DNA of 20,000 nucleotides, from assembly GCA_013239625.1 (NCBI GenBank), contig MU054098.1, forward strand, positions 1,462,067 to 1,482,066. Reading direction: 5' to 3'. This stretch comes from Lama guanicoe (Eukaryota). The position numbers were made by a program, and so were the translations under genes. This document shows positions 1-10,837 of this stretch, one piece after another. A model generated the notes under the pieces. It had not been told where the DNA came from. It saw only the letters and a list, made by a program, of their open reading frames with translations, and searched no databases. Numbering within the stretch: the first letter of the stretch is position 1; each line of letters begins with the position of its first letter.

Positions 1-61
1 AGAAGTATAACTTTTTCTCTAATTTGCTAATAAGTGATTATTTTTATCTGATAATGTATCT

Positions 62-171
62 GGATCTACTGAAACGATTTTACTTTTTCTCCTGTAATGC
101 TATCAATTGTGGATGAGGATCTACTGAAATGATTTTACTTTTTCTCCTGTAATGCTATCAATTGTGGATGA
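62..171. repeat. 55-bp tandem duplication (2 copies, 1 mismatch)
   Basis: 62-116 and 117-171 both read GGATCTACTGAAA(C/T)GATTTTACTTTTTCTCCTGTAATGCTATCAATTGTGGATGA. They differ only at 75 (C) versus 130 (T). Confidence 0.97.
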
Positions 172-244
172 TTTTTTTTTTAAGGAGCCAACCAAGTCCC
201 AAGGTACTTTTAAGATTTTTTTTACAGACTGCTGAACATGTTTT

Positions 245-830
245 AGAGATAATTTCATTTGGTGTTTTTTACATTTATCTTCATAAGTACGATTTGTCTA
301 TACTTTTCATTTTCTAGTACGCTCCTCATCTATTTGTTATCAAGAGTAGATTAGCCATGTGGGCACATCTATCTCTCCTTATTCTCTTTATTACTCTGCA
401 TAAAACAGGGTATGATAAAATTTGAAATTATGGTAAATCTGACCCATAAAACAGTTTGGGTCTGATGCTTTGGGAGGAGTATGGCTGGGAAAGAATTTAA
501 TTCACTCACTATTTTTAATGTTTATTTTATTAAGGTTTTCATTTCTGTTTAAGTCAATATGCACAATAAGTTTTCTCTATAATTTTGCTCATTTTATCTG
601 ATTTTTTAAAATTAATGAACAGATATCATAATTCTTTAAACATCCCTATTCTACCTTAATTTATAAAACTTTTTCTGATTCTAATATTTATTTTTGCTTT
701 GTCTTCTTAATATTCCTGACAGAGGTTTGTCTATTTTACTAGTCCTTTCAAATAACTGGTCCCTCAGTTTTATTCTTATTTTCCATTTTATTAATTTATG
801 TTCTTATTTCTATTATCTTGTTTTATTTTA
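245..830 (-). mobile_element. Ancient, highly diverged LINE-1 ORF2 fragment (L1M/L1ME-age)
   Basis: T-rich sequence with degenerate matches to antisense L1 ORF2, e.g. GATTTGTCTATACTTTTC...TTATCAAGAGTAGATTAGCC, TATGGTAAATCTGACCCATAAAACAGTTTGGGTCTGATGCTTT and AGAGGTTTGTCTATTTTACTAGTCCTTTCAAATAAC. Confidence 0.6.
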
Positions 831-926
831 TTTTTAACCATTTTTAATTGAAGTATAGTTAATTTGCAATGCTGTGTTACTTTCAGGTGTATAGCAAAGT
901 GATTCAGTAATATATATATTCTTTTT

Positions 927-1002
927 TTAAAACTTGTTGTTTATCTATTTTATATCTAGTAGTTATAGTAGTTAGTATCTGGAGATCCCAAACTCCCAAT
1001 TA
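927..1002 (-). mobile_element. Short L1 3'UTR-derived insert nested in the L1 3'UTR, flanked by 16-bp direct repeats
   Basis: TATATATATTCTTTTT occurs at 911-926 and 1003-1018. The insert (CTTGTTGTTTATCTATTTTATAT...ATCCCAAACTCC) is homologous to host positions 1086-1140. Confidence 0.8.
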
Positions 1003-1392
1003 TATATATATTCTTTTTCAGATTCTTTTCCATCATAGGTTATTATAAGATAGTGAATATGGTTCCCTGTGATATAGAGTAGTTTCTTGTTATTTATCTA
1101 TTTTATATATAGTAGTTTATAACTGTAAATCCCAAATTCCTGTTTTATCCCTCCGTCATCTTGCTTTCCTCTTTGGGCTAACCATGAGTTTGTTTTTCAT
1201 GTCTGTGAGTTTGTTTCTGTTTTACAAATAAATTCATTGTATCATTTTTTTTAGATTCCATATATGAGAGATATTATATGATATTTATCTTTTTCTCTGA
1301 CTTGCTTCACTTAATATGATGATCTCTAGGTCTATCTATGTCACCGCAAATGGCATTATTTCATTCTTTCTCAGGGCTGAGTAATATTCTAC

Positions 1393-1426
1393 TGTATGTG
1401 TATGTGTGTGTATATGTGTGTGTATA

Positions 1427-1462
<36 letters not shown>
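1393..1462. repeat. Compound (TG/TA)n microsatellite within the L1 3'UTR
   Basis: TGTATGTGTATGTGTGTGTATATGTG...TATATATATATA seen directly. Confidence 0.97.
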
Positions 1463-1499
1463 CCACAACTGTTTTATTCATTCATCTGTCTGTGAACAT

Positions 1500-1856
1500 T
1501 TAGGTTGTTTTCCTTTCTTGGCTATTATAAATAGTGCTGCTATGAACATTAGGGTGCATATATCTTCTTGAATTAAAATATATCCCCTGGTGTGGGACTG
1601 CAGGATCATATGGTAACTCTATTTTTAGAGTTTTAAGGAAACTCCATACTGTTTTCCATGGTGGCTGCATCAATTTACATTCCCACCAACAGTGTAGGTG
1701 GGTTCCGTTTTCTCCACACCCTCTCCAGCACTTATTTGTAGACTTTTTGATGATAGTCATTCTGACTGGTGTGAGGTGATACCTCCTTGTGGTTTTGATT
1801 TGCATTACTCTAATAATTAGCAATGTTGAGCATCTTTTCATGTGCCCATTGGCCAT
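1500..1856 (-). pseudogene. LINE-1 ORF2p C-terminal remnant (not a host gene)
   Basis: [25 protein letters not shown] and [14 protein letters not shown] motifs are diagnostic of L1 ORF2p. The frame loses L1 similarity after PAVPHQGIY. Confidence 0.93.
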
Positions 1857-2762
1857 TTGTACGTCCTCCTTAAAGAAATGTCTACTTAGGTCTTCTGCCT
1901 ATTTTTTGATTGAGTTGCTTTTCTTTTCTCTTTTTATTTTTGATATTAAGCTGAGGAGCTGTTTGTATATTTTGGAAATTAATCCCTTGTCAGTCACATC
2001 ATTTGCAAATATTTTCTCCCATTCTGTAGGTTGTCTTTTTGTTTTGTTGATGGTTTCCTTTCCTGTGCGAAGCTTTTAAGTTTAATTAGGTCCCATCATC
2101 CTCTATCTGCCGATTTTTTATCTTTATGAGCCTGGGTTTTCAGGACTAATTTTCCCTTTTTCACCATCTCTCCCTATTCCTCCTGCCTAGTGGCCGTGGA
2201 GTTGCCTCCACTTGATACACCTAACCCAAGACTATACACAGAGTACTGCTAATCCAGGTATCAATCCAGCAAGTATTTTAGCTTATCCACTGATCATGAA
2301 TTTACATCTGTGCCCATCTGTTCTCCTAGGACTTGAAGTTCATATAAGCATTGTAACTCCCAGTAGTATTCAGAAATAACTGAGTTCAACTTCCACTCAT
2401 GACGAGGGATAAACTTTCTCAGACTTTGGTCTTAAGCAGTGTGCTTGGCTCTGGATTCATACCTTAGGTAAGGACTTTTAGCCTACTTTAACCATAGTAG
2501 ATTTTTTTCTCATCTACCTCTGCCTTCATCTGAAGCTGAAGACTAGCAATTAAGCATGTTCAGTCCTGCTCTTCACTCTGTATACTTTTGTTTTATTCCT
2601 GGCCCATAAAGATATTTATCTTATTTTTATTGCTTTATTTTTTTCTTAGTATATTTTCTTTTTCATTACTATGTTTCTGGAGCAGACAGAACACATCTTG
2701 ATCAGAATTGCTAGAGCATCTTCTTGACACTTATTTAATATTATTTAAAGATTTACATTTTT

Positions 2763-2916
2763 TGTAATTTATTGAGTTAAAATCAGTTTACAATGTTATG
2801 TCAATTTCTGGTGTACAGCACAATTCTTCAGTCATATATGAAGATACATATATTCATTTTCATATTCTTTTTCACTGTAAGCTACAAGATACTGAATATA
2901 TTCCCCTATGCTATAC
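2763..2916 (-). mobile_element. Short 5'-truncated L1 3' end (camelid-like) with 17-bp TSD
   Basis: TSD TAAAGATTTACATTTTT at 2746-2762 and 2917-2933. The body TTTATTGAGTTAAAATCAGTTTACAATGTTATGTCAATTTCTGGTGTACAGCA...CTACAAGATACTGAATATATTCCCCTATGCTATAC is a reversed L1 3' terminus. The empty site TTTTT/GA fits L1 endonuclease preference. Confidence 0.93.
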
Positions 2917-3289
2917 TAAAGATTTACATTTTTGATGCAGCAAAGATTAATTATTATATCTAGCTGTCACTAACCCCTGTCATAGCTAAAGGAAAATACA
3001 TGAACCACAAAAATCTGCTCAGCATTTTAGTGAGTTTCTTCTGTGAGAAGTCGTAAGGAACTAGGGAAGGATGTAGGATCTCAGGGCTTAGGAAAAAGAC
3101 AAAGGGGCATAATTAATGTGATAAAGGAATTTCATAATTAGGGTAATGAAAAACAAGGATATATATGCTTAGACCTCTACAAGGAAAAAAATTTCCAAAT
3201 GTTTTAGATGGCATAATAGGCCCTAATCTAAAGCTTCTGCACTGATGATGAACTCTGAAAATGATTTTTTTTAAACATATTCTTATTCA

Positions 3290-3435
3290 GTATTTCCTAA
3301 TGACGTGTTACCTTGGCTAAGACAGCTGTACTTTCTGTGCTTCATTTTCTATTTATGGAATACCAGGTTATTACTCATTATGCAATTCACAGCACTACTC
3401 TGAGCAGTACCTAATAAAAGTGGTTATAAAACGCA
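3290..3435 (+). mobile_element. MIR-like SINE relic
   Basis: Degenerate MIR core: GTGTTACCTTGGCTAAGACAGCTGTACTTTCTGTGCTTCATTTTCTATTTATGGAA. Confidence 0.5.
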
Positions 3436-3796
3436 ATCGACAAATGTTGATTTAGATCATCAGTGACAACACTGACACAGTGCCAGAAACGCAGGTGAAA
3501 GTGCTTGCCACTGCAAAGCAAACAGACTTCCAAGTTTATATATTAACAAGTTTATTCTAATGAATATGATTTAAGAAGTATATCTGTATAGATGAATAGA
3601 TAACACATAGAGTCTTTTAGAAGCTGAATTTCAAATTCAAACTACTCATTTTACCTATGATCAACATCGAGACCTAAAAATACTACATTAATTACATATA
3701 ATAAATTCTTATAATTTATTTGAAGCTAAGTCATACAAAAATACTGGGAGGAGCAGACAAACTTAAGTGATTCTTAAAACTGTAAAACAATCTTCA

Positions 3797-3927
3797 GCCA
3801 TCCATTCAGCAAAATGTTATTGAGCACATATATGGAAGACATTGAAAACATTCTTGGGGATATAAAATTATTAATAAGATGTTCTTTCAATCAGTAGAAT
3901 TATTATATAGTAGTATAGGTGAGACAT
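3797..3927 (-). mobile_element. L2 3' end fragment, interrupted by an MLT1 LTR and resuming at about 4433-4530
   Basis: CATCCATTCAGCAAAATGTTATTGAGCACATATATG...TTGGGGATATAAAA is a typical reversed L2 tail. It continues as ATGTAAACAAATA after the LTR. Confidence 0.65.
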
Positions 3928-4432
3928 TGTGACAAGGACTATTAATTTTCTCTAAATATAGATTACACTCACCATATTTGGTAATAAAACCTCAGTTTTT
4001 AGCTTGGTATCTCATCCTCCAGAATCAAAATTGCATTTCTGGGCCCTCTTTGAGGCATATATGTTCCCATGTTAGTTAGTTCTGGCCAATGACACACAGT
4101 AAGTGTCTTAAAAGCCATCTAGGAAGTAAATGTAAACAGAGGGAACATGCTCACTCTTTATTTCTTCTTCATTCCTGCTGGCTGGAATGTAGGTATGATG
4201 GATAGAACTGAAGCAACTATCCTAAGCAATACAGTAGAAGACACAGGCTAAAGATGATTGAACAGTGTAGACTGATGCCATTTTTCTGATGCTGTAGAGT
4301 CACAAAACAAACGTGGACTATCTTTTTCTATACCACTTTCATATGGTGAGAAATAGGATCAAATTGTTGTTTAAGCCACCATAATTTTGAGTTTTCTGTC
4401 CTGTACAGGCAATCCTGATCCTAAGTGAAACA
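3928..4432 (+). mobile_element. MaLR solo LTR, MLT1 family (MLT1H/I/J-like)
   Basis: TGT...ACA termini. Motifs GTTCTGGCCAATGA, TTCCTGCTGGCTGGAATGTAGGTATGATGG and TGTTGTTTAAGCCACCATAATTTTGAGTTTTCTGT. Imperfect 5-bp flanks GACAT / GAAAT. Confidence 0.85.
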
Positions 4433-4529
4433 GAAATGTAAACAAATATGCAGTGAAATATCTTAAGTTCAGTAACAGAAGAGTAAATTTCCATAGGTGT
4501 TCAAAATGGAAAGATGGTAGGTATTAGGG

Positions 4530-6285
4530 ACTACTCCCCTTCCCAGGCATCAAAAATTTCTCATGTTCTAACGACTTTGAGTTTATAATCAAAAATAATA
4601 AATCACACAAGGAAACAAGTCACCATGAGTGAAACTGAGATCAAAATACTCAGAAACAGCCTAAATGTTAGTATCACAAACATAAGTTTCTAAAATATTT
4701 AAAGAAGTGAAACAAAGAATTAAAATATGTGAGTAAAGCACAAGTGATGATAAAAACCAAGATACATAAATATTCAAGTAAAATTTCTTAGAAATAAATA
4801 TGATATAAGAAAAGAAATTTAAAACTACTTACAAGAATCTTTGCTTGCACTAATAGCAGAACACTTTAGTCATAATAACCCCTCAGAAGACAAAAATTAT
4901 AAGATGGACAAAAGACTAAAAGCAGTTTTGTACAACCATTTGAATACAGTGGGAAGCAACATAAAACAGGCAGAAATTGATCAGAAGTCAACTACTGAAA
5001 GATAGGAACTGTACTCAGTAATATTTGGGTCTTTATATCATTTTGCCTAAGGGCACTTCCTGAACCATGTAGCATGTTGTAGCAGAAAACTTTGCTCTTA
5101 CTGTCTTGAGACGTTATAGGAAGAATTTAATGATGTAAAATGGCTGGTAAACTAAAGTGACAAAACTTTAGAAAGAAGGTACAGAGGAGTGAGCCCCCAC
5201 ATCAGTGCACGAATTCTGCCCAAAATCTTTGATAACCATCAAAAGACACTTGTGTGAAGAAGATCTCAAGAGTCTGGGCCAAAACAAGTCTTGAAGACAA
5301 GCCAAATGGCGATTTCGTCTGTTATCCACCACAGGAGAGACAGACTTAGAGGTTCGAGTTCAGCCAAGACAGTTATTTGTAGAAGAAAAATCAGCCCTCT
5401 TCCAAGGAACATAGCTGAGCTCATGGTTTTTATAATGTATAATCTACTATGCCCACCATAATTTTTTTTAATTACAAGACATACAACAAAGGAGAAAATG
5501 TGAAATATATTACTCCCAGAAGGAGAGGAGAAAGAAAAAGAGACAGATAAAAGATTTGAAGAAAATATTGTCAAAACTTTTCCAAAAATGAAAACTGCAT
5601 CATTACAGAAAACTTACATATCAACTTAGAGATTTTAAAAGCTCAATGCCATAGGACCTTGTTATTTATTCAAGGTCCTACTGTATAGCACAGGGAACTA
5701 TATTCAATATCTCATAGTAACTTACAATGAAAAATATGAAAAATAATATATATGTATATGTATAAAACTGAATTACCATGCTGTACATTAAAAACAGGAC
5801 ATTGTAAATCAAATATACTTCAATTAAAAATAAAAATAAAAATTTTTAAAAGCTCAGTGTATACAGATACAAAGAAAAGATTATACTTAAAATGTTTAAG
5901 TTGAAAGAGGAGCTCTTAAAGATATCAAAAAATAACCCATTATACAGAGAAGGAAAAATAATAAAAAGGACAGTTGAATTCCCAGCATATACAGGAGAGG
6001 TTCGTGAAAATATAATGGCACCTATGACATCTTTCCAGTGCTGGAAAAACAAGCTGTGAAACAGAATCCTATATCCAGCGATAATATCTTTAAGCAATGA
6101 AGAATAAATGAATATATTTTCAGGTAAATGAAAACTGATTTTGTCACAAGGAGGCATAAGCTACAAAAAATGCTAAAGGAAGTTTTACATATATACTAAT
6201 GGAAAACGATACCAGATGGAAATATGAATCTACAGGAAAAATAAGGAGCACATAAAGTTATAAATATGAAGATAAATATAGATGT
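4530..6285 (+). mobile_element. Ancient L1/HAL1-type 5' region and ORF1 remnants, probably two or more fragments
   Basis: A-rich sense strand. ORF1-like segments include CACACAAGGAAACAAGTCACCATGAGTGA, CCCAGAAGGAGAGGAGAAAGAAAAAGAGACAGATAAAAGATTTGAAGAAAATATTG and AGAATCCTATATCCAGCGATAATATCTTTAAGCAATGAAG. Confidence 0.7.
5649..5847 (+). mobile_element. Short L1 3'-end insertion with A-rich tail, TSD and an inverted 5' junction
   Basis: Body CAAGGTCCTACTGTATAGCACAGGGAACTATATTCAATATC...CATTGTAAATCAAATATACTTCAATTAAAAATAAAAATAAAAA. Flanks AAAAGCTCAATG (5637-5648) and AAAAGCTCAGTG (5848-5859) sit at a TTTT/AAAA site. Confidence 0.9.
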
Positions 6286-6790
6286 CTACATGAAAGGCAT
6301 GGAGGAAACTTAAATGCATATTACTAAGTAAAAGCAGCTAGTCTTAAAAAGCTACACACTATATGTTTCCAACTATACAACATTCTGGAAAAAGTAAAAG
6401 TAAAACTATGTAGACAGTAAAAACATCAGTGATAGCTAGGGGTTAACGGGGTGGGGATTAATAGGTAGAGAATGGGGGAGTTTTAAGGCAATGAAACCAT
6501 CCTATATGATACTATAATGGTAGATACATGTCATTATACATTTGTCAAAACCTACAGAACATACCACATCAAGAGTGAACCCTAAAGTAAAGTATTGACT
6601 TTGGGTGATTAATGATGTATCCAATATAGGTTCATTAATTATAACAAATGTACCAGTCTGGTGTGGGATATTAATGATAGAAGAGGGTGTGAGTGTATGG
6701 GGGTAGAGGGTGTATCAAAACTCTCTGTACTTTCTGCTCAGTTGTGCTAAGAATCTAAAGCTGCTCTAAAAACTAATGTCTGTTAAAAGA
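6286..6790 (+). mobile_element. L1MC-type (L1MC1-like) 3' end
   Basis: CATGGAGGAAACTTAAATGCATATTACTAAGT, GATACATGTCATTATACATTTGTCAAAACC, AAGAGTGAACCCTAA and AACAAATGTACCAGTCTGGTG match the recalled L1MC 3'UTR. Confidence 0.88.
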
Positions 6791-6799
6791 AATTTGAAC

Positions 6800-7332
6800 C
6801 TAACAGAAATTAAAACATATATCCACACAAAAACTTGTATGTGAATATTTACAGCAGCATTATTCATAACAGCCAAAAAGTGAAAGCAATGCAAATGGAC
6901 ATCAACCAGCAAATGGATAAACAAATGTGGAATCCACACAATGGAATATTACTCAGTCATAAAAATGAATGAAGGACTGATACATGTTACAGCATAAATG
7001 AACTTTAAATATATTATTTTAGGTGAAAGAATTCAGTCACAAAAAACACATAATATATGATTTCATTTTTATGAAAGTTCAGAATATAGAAACCTATAAG
7101 GGACAGAAAGTTATTTGGGGGTGTTTAAGGCTGGGAACAGGGGATGATGGGAAAGGGAATTGTTAACTAAAGCATATAGAGTTTCTCTTTGAGGTGATAA
7201 AAATGTTCTAAAACTGACTGTGTGGTGGTGGTTGCATGTATTTGTGAATATACTAAAAATATTGAATTTTATACTTAAATGAAAGAACTGCTGATATGTG
7301 AATTATGTCTCAGTAAAACTATTAAAAATAAA
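6800..7332 (+). mobile_element. L1MB-type ORF2 end and 3'UTR
   Basis: AAAACATATATCCACACAAAAACTTGTA, GCAGCATTATTCATAACAGCCAAAAAGTG, GGTGATAAAAATGTTCTAAAA and the terminus TATGTGAATTATGTCTCAGTAAAACTATTAAAAA. Confidence 0.88.
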
Positions 7333-8430
7333 ATGAGGTATGTTTATACACATATTAGAATGACTAGAATATATTAAAAAAGAAAAATTCTGACATTAAA
7401 AAGTTCTAACAAGGATGCGAAGCCACTGGAATTTTTGTTCATTGTTGTGAAAAATGCAAACTATTACAGCCACTTTGGGAGTTTAGTAATCTCTTATTGT
7501 AATAGAGAAGAACCTTTGTATTCTATTACAAGTTAATCATTCATGGGATGTTGCCTATAAGCTTAAATTATACATAATAGCCCATCTCTAGGAACCTTGC
7601 CTCCCAAGTAATGGACATTAAACTAAAATACCTCTGTTTAGCTCACAGGAAACATCCCGACTAGGCCCACCTGTGAATGACTGCAAGACGGAAGAAATTA
7701 ACACATCCCCTCTGGAGTCTGGCTGGAACCAGGACTGCTCGGCTCCTTTTAGTACAAAAGAAGCCTGAATTCTAACTTGGGGAAGATGGTTCTTTGAGAC
7801 ACTAGTCCACCGTTTTCTCAATCTGCTGGCTTTCTGAATAAATCTGCTATTCCTTGCCGCAACAACTCATCTCTTGATTTATTGGCCTGTCATGAGGCAG
7901 GCAGTATGAGTTGGACTTGGTAACATTATAAATTCAAACTTATGTTAGTCAGCAATTCCATTTATAAGTATTTATCCAAGAGAAATCAAAGTGTAAGTTC
8001 AAAAAAACTTTATAGAAATATTTATAGTTGCTTTATTTATAATTCAAACATCAGATTATCCAAATGTCCATCACCTTCTTAATGAATAAATAAATTGTAG
8101 TATATCTGTACAATTGAAACCAATCAAAAGGTTCCATGCAGCAGCAAGAATCTCAAATGTTGTATGCTAAATGAAAGGTGCCAGACTGAAAAGCTATATA
8201 CTGTATGGTTCTATTTATATGTCATTCTAGAAAAGGCAAAACTATCAAGAAAGGATATAGATCAATGGTTGTCAGAGGTTGAGAGTGGGGAAAGGTGATT
8301 GAAAAATACAAGAGGAAACTATTTGATGTGATGGCAAAGTTCTAATATTTTTATTTTGGTAGTGATTACATGGATGCATGTATTTGTTAAAAATCATAGA
8401 CCTGTACCGCTAAAAAGGGTGAATTTCAAC
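7333..8430 (+). mobile_element. L1ME/MD-type ORF2 end and 3'UTR, interrupted by the LTR at 7498-7925
   Basis: ATTAGAATGACTAGAAT, TTCATTGTTGTGAAAAATGCAAA...CAGCCACTTTGG. After the LTR it resumes with CAGCAATTCCATTTATAAGTATTTATCCAAGAGAAAT and CATTCTAGAAAAGGCAAAACTAT. Confidence 0.8.
7498..7925 (+). mobile_element. ERV1-class solo LTR (artiodactyl-type), complete, with 4-bp TSD
   Basis: Starts TGTAA and ends TAACA. Perfect TSD TTAT at 7494-7497 and 7926-7929. AATAAA at 7837-7842. The host L1 reads continuously once the LTR is removed. Confidence 0.92.
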
Positions 8431-8579
8431 ATGAAGTTTCAATATGAGGTAATCTATTAGCATAACTCATCACATATGATTTTGATAGAAACCTGAAAGT
8501 TAATTTATAATCTCCACCCATGAAAGGATTTAAAGGAAAAATTGGAGATAACTTCTCAAAATCATTAACAGATTTCAAA

Positions 8580-9990
8580 ATGAGAGAAAATAAATCTTTG
8601 GTACTAAACTCAACAGAACCTATACAGAAGAAAATACAAAACTTGGAGCTGCATAAAAAAAGACAGAATTAATGAGAAGACATCATTTTCCTGAAGTAGG
8701 TAGCATTATAATGTACCTATAAAACTTTTCCCAAAGTTAACATATTAATGTAAAGAAAATAGATAATATTTTCTTTAACTTTTTCAAAGTAATTCTCAAT
8801 GTTTCAGTGGAGGAATATAAGTAAGACTTGTCAAAGATTTTAAAAATTACTGAGAGGATAACTTACACTATGAGATATTAAAAGCATAAAAAAACATAAT
8901 AAGCACTCTGTAGTAGAGTCTATGGCATGTGACTAAGAAGAAACTATAGTGACTATAGGACTATAGGAAGTGACTATAGGAAGAAAAACCTATAGAATAT
9001 AAATAAAAATTTGTAAACTTATCGAAGTTAATTCATTCAATAGTTCCATTTTAAGTCAGTGGAGAAAAAATGTTTCTTTAAATATTTATAAAAATACTAT
9101 TATGCTTTGTATTTCATATCAATTCATAAGTATTAATTTCAGACACATATAAAATATAAATAAGAGACAAACCATAAGACAAAATGTTAAAAGCTATGAT
9201 AACATTAAAATTTGTATGTTAAATATCATAAACTCAAATTTAAATAATACTTGGAGAGATATTCTCTTTATGGTAGGCTAAAAGTTGCTATCTTTTATAC
9301 TAAATATATATTAAACATATTAAAAATTAGAACATTCCTCATCTCATACTATTTCTAAGCCCCCTCAAATTAAAGTATAGATATAAAGGCAATTTCAGGC
9401 AAAAAAGAAAAAAAAAGTTTGAAAGGAAAGAAAGATAAAATAAATAGCCAATAAATATAAAATAAATTTCAAACAAAGGAATGGAAAATGAACTTATAGT
9501 ATCATTGTAATTATCATTGCTGTTTATTCTTTAAATTGGGAAAGTTAAATTTAAAAAGTAATGCATTTGCTCTGTAATAGGCATGTTCCAACACTGCTAG
9601 CAAGAATGCAAATTTGCTCACTTATAAAAGAGAATTTGGCAACATGAATCATTAAACTTTAAAAAGGAATTTTTTTTAACTTTTATTCCAGCTATTTCAT
9701 TGGTAAGAATTTATGCCAAGGTAAGTATCATAAATGCGTACATATTTACTGCAACGTTATTCTTGACATGAAATATATTGTAATAATTAAAAATTACTGT
9801 GCTCAGTAATATTTGATGATATTAGAAATTCTCAAGTCATATTGTTGAGAAAATCAAATTACAAAGAGTCTGTGGAGTTTGATGTTAAACTCAGTTTGAA
9901 AATTTCCACTATCGAGCTATTTTCTTACTACACACATATTAACAGAATATATCCCCTAAGGTTAACTGTTATTATCTCTATGTGGCAGGA
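8580..9990 (+). mobile_element. Very old, fragmented LINE-1 ORF2 and 3' end (L1ME-age)
   Basis: Degenerate ORF2 matches: ACCTATACAGAAGAAAATACAAAAC...AGACATCATTTTCCTG, AATTTCAGACACATATAAAATATAAAT, AATTTGGCAACATGAATCA and CCAGCTATTTCATTGGTAAGAATTTATGCCAAGG. Ends with GTTAACTGTTATTATCTCTATGTGGCAGGATTA. Confidence 0.65.
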
Positions 9991-10149
9991 TTAAGGGTCT
10001 TTGAGCATTGTAGAAAGAGTAAGTAGAATGTATTTGAAAGTCACTAAGATATAAATAAAAGGATTACAAAGTATTTGGAAGAGCTTCAGCTAAATGTCGT
10101 AAGTGGTTGACTTTGCCACATAATTTTGTTAATTCCCTAATAGCTCTTA

Positions 10150-10430
10150 ACAGTCTAAGAATAGAAGGTGAGAAGTCAATGACTCAGGTTTGTGGACTGG
10201 CATGATGGTAATCATGCAAAGTCAAAAGTCTGGCCAATTCTAGGAACCATGCAAAGATATCAATTAAAAGGTTTATTTATTTCTACAGGCCAGGTAAGGA
10301 AGTAGATGATATCAAAGACTGTTCTGACAGACATGGAAAATATCATGAGATCAAGGGATAAAAGATTTTAATGATGGTATAAGCAGGAGTGAGGCTGGGA
10401 GATGAAATGAGTATAATTAATAATAAGGTT
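10150..10430 (-). mobile_element. Possible L2 internal fragment
   Basis: Purine-rich. GAGAAGTCAATGACTCAGGTTTGTGGACTGGCATGATGGT resembles antisense L2. Confidence 0.4.
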
Positions 10431-10469
10431 GAAAGAGATTTCTTTTTAATTTTTTGCTTTAAATGTTTA

Positions 10470-10737
10470 AAATATTATTTTGAAATAATTTGAGACTTTC
10501 ATAAACACTGCAAAAATAAAAATAAGTCTTGTGTACCCTTATCCAGGTTAGGTAAATGTTAACATCTTACATAATCAGAGTACAGTTATTAGTCACAAAA
10601 GGAGCACTGATACAATTCTATTATCTACTCTGAAGATATTATTCTGCTATCATCAATTTTCCTCCTAATGGCTCCTTTCTTGGCTAGGATCTATTCCAGG
10701 ATCATGAATTGTATTTATTGCCATGTTATCCAGTCTT
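10470..10737 (-). mobile_element. L1MC4/L1MC5-like 3' end
   Basis: TTATTTTGAAATAATTTGAGACTT, AAATGTTAACATCTTACATAA, TGATACAATTCTATTATCTA and CCAGGATCATGAATTGTATTTATTGCCATGT match the recalled reversed L1MC4/5 tail. Confidence 0.8.
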
Positions 10738-10837
10738 AAAAGTGGATGGATTTGAGTAACAGTGTACAAGTGCCAGGGGATGACTGAGTGGAGAGGTGGC
10801 AAAATCACACTGGAGAAGATCACACAAGTTTAGAATA

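Larger units (their letters stand above)
838..2096 (-). mobile_element. 5'-truncated LINE-1 (cetartiodactyl, L1MA9/L1_Art-like): ORF2 C-terminus plus complete 3'UTR
   Basis: Typical reversed 3' end TTTTTAATTGAAGTATAGTT...CAGGTGTATAGCAAAGTGATTCAGT. The minus-strand ORF 1500-1856 translates to the L1 ORF2p C-terminal Cys-rich region ([28 protein letters not shown]...[20 protein letters not shown]...ELPYDPAVP). Confidence 0.95.

Noticed and set aside
1338..2079. Plus-strand ORFs 1338-1571 and 1789-2079
   Set aside because: Antisense to L1 3'UTR/ORF2. The YVCV/IYIY run is just the translated microsatellite.
2097..2730. Possible HAL1 or ancient L1 5' region on the minus strand
   Set aside because: Composition is suggestive but I could not anchor a diagnostic motif, so it is left unannotated.
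5266..6157. Minus-strand ORFs of 102 and 103 aa
   Set aside because: F/L/S/I-rich antisense readings of A-rich L1 ORF1 remnants, with no domain signature.
8941..8997. Short GACTATAGGA repeats
   Set aside because: Small local slippage duplication inside a decayed L1, with no further structure.
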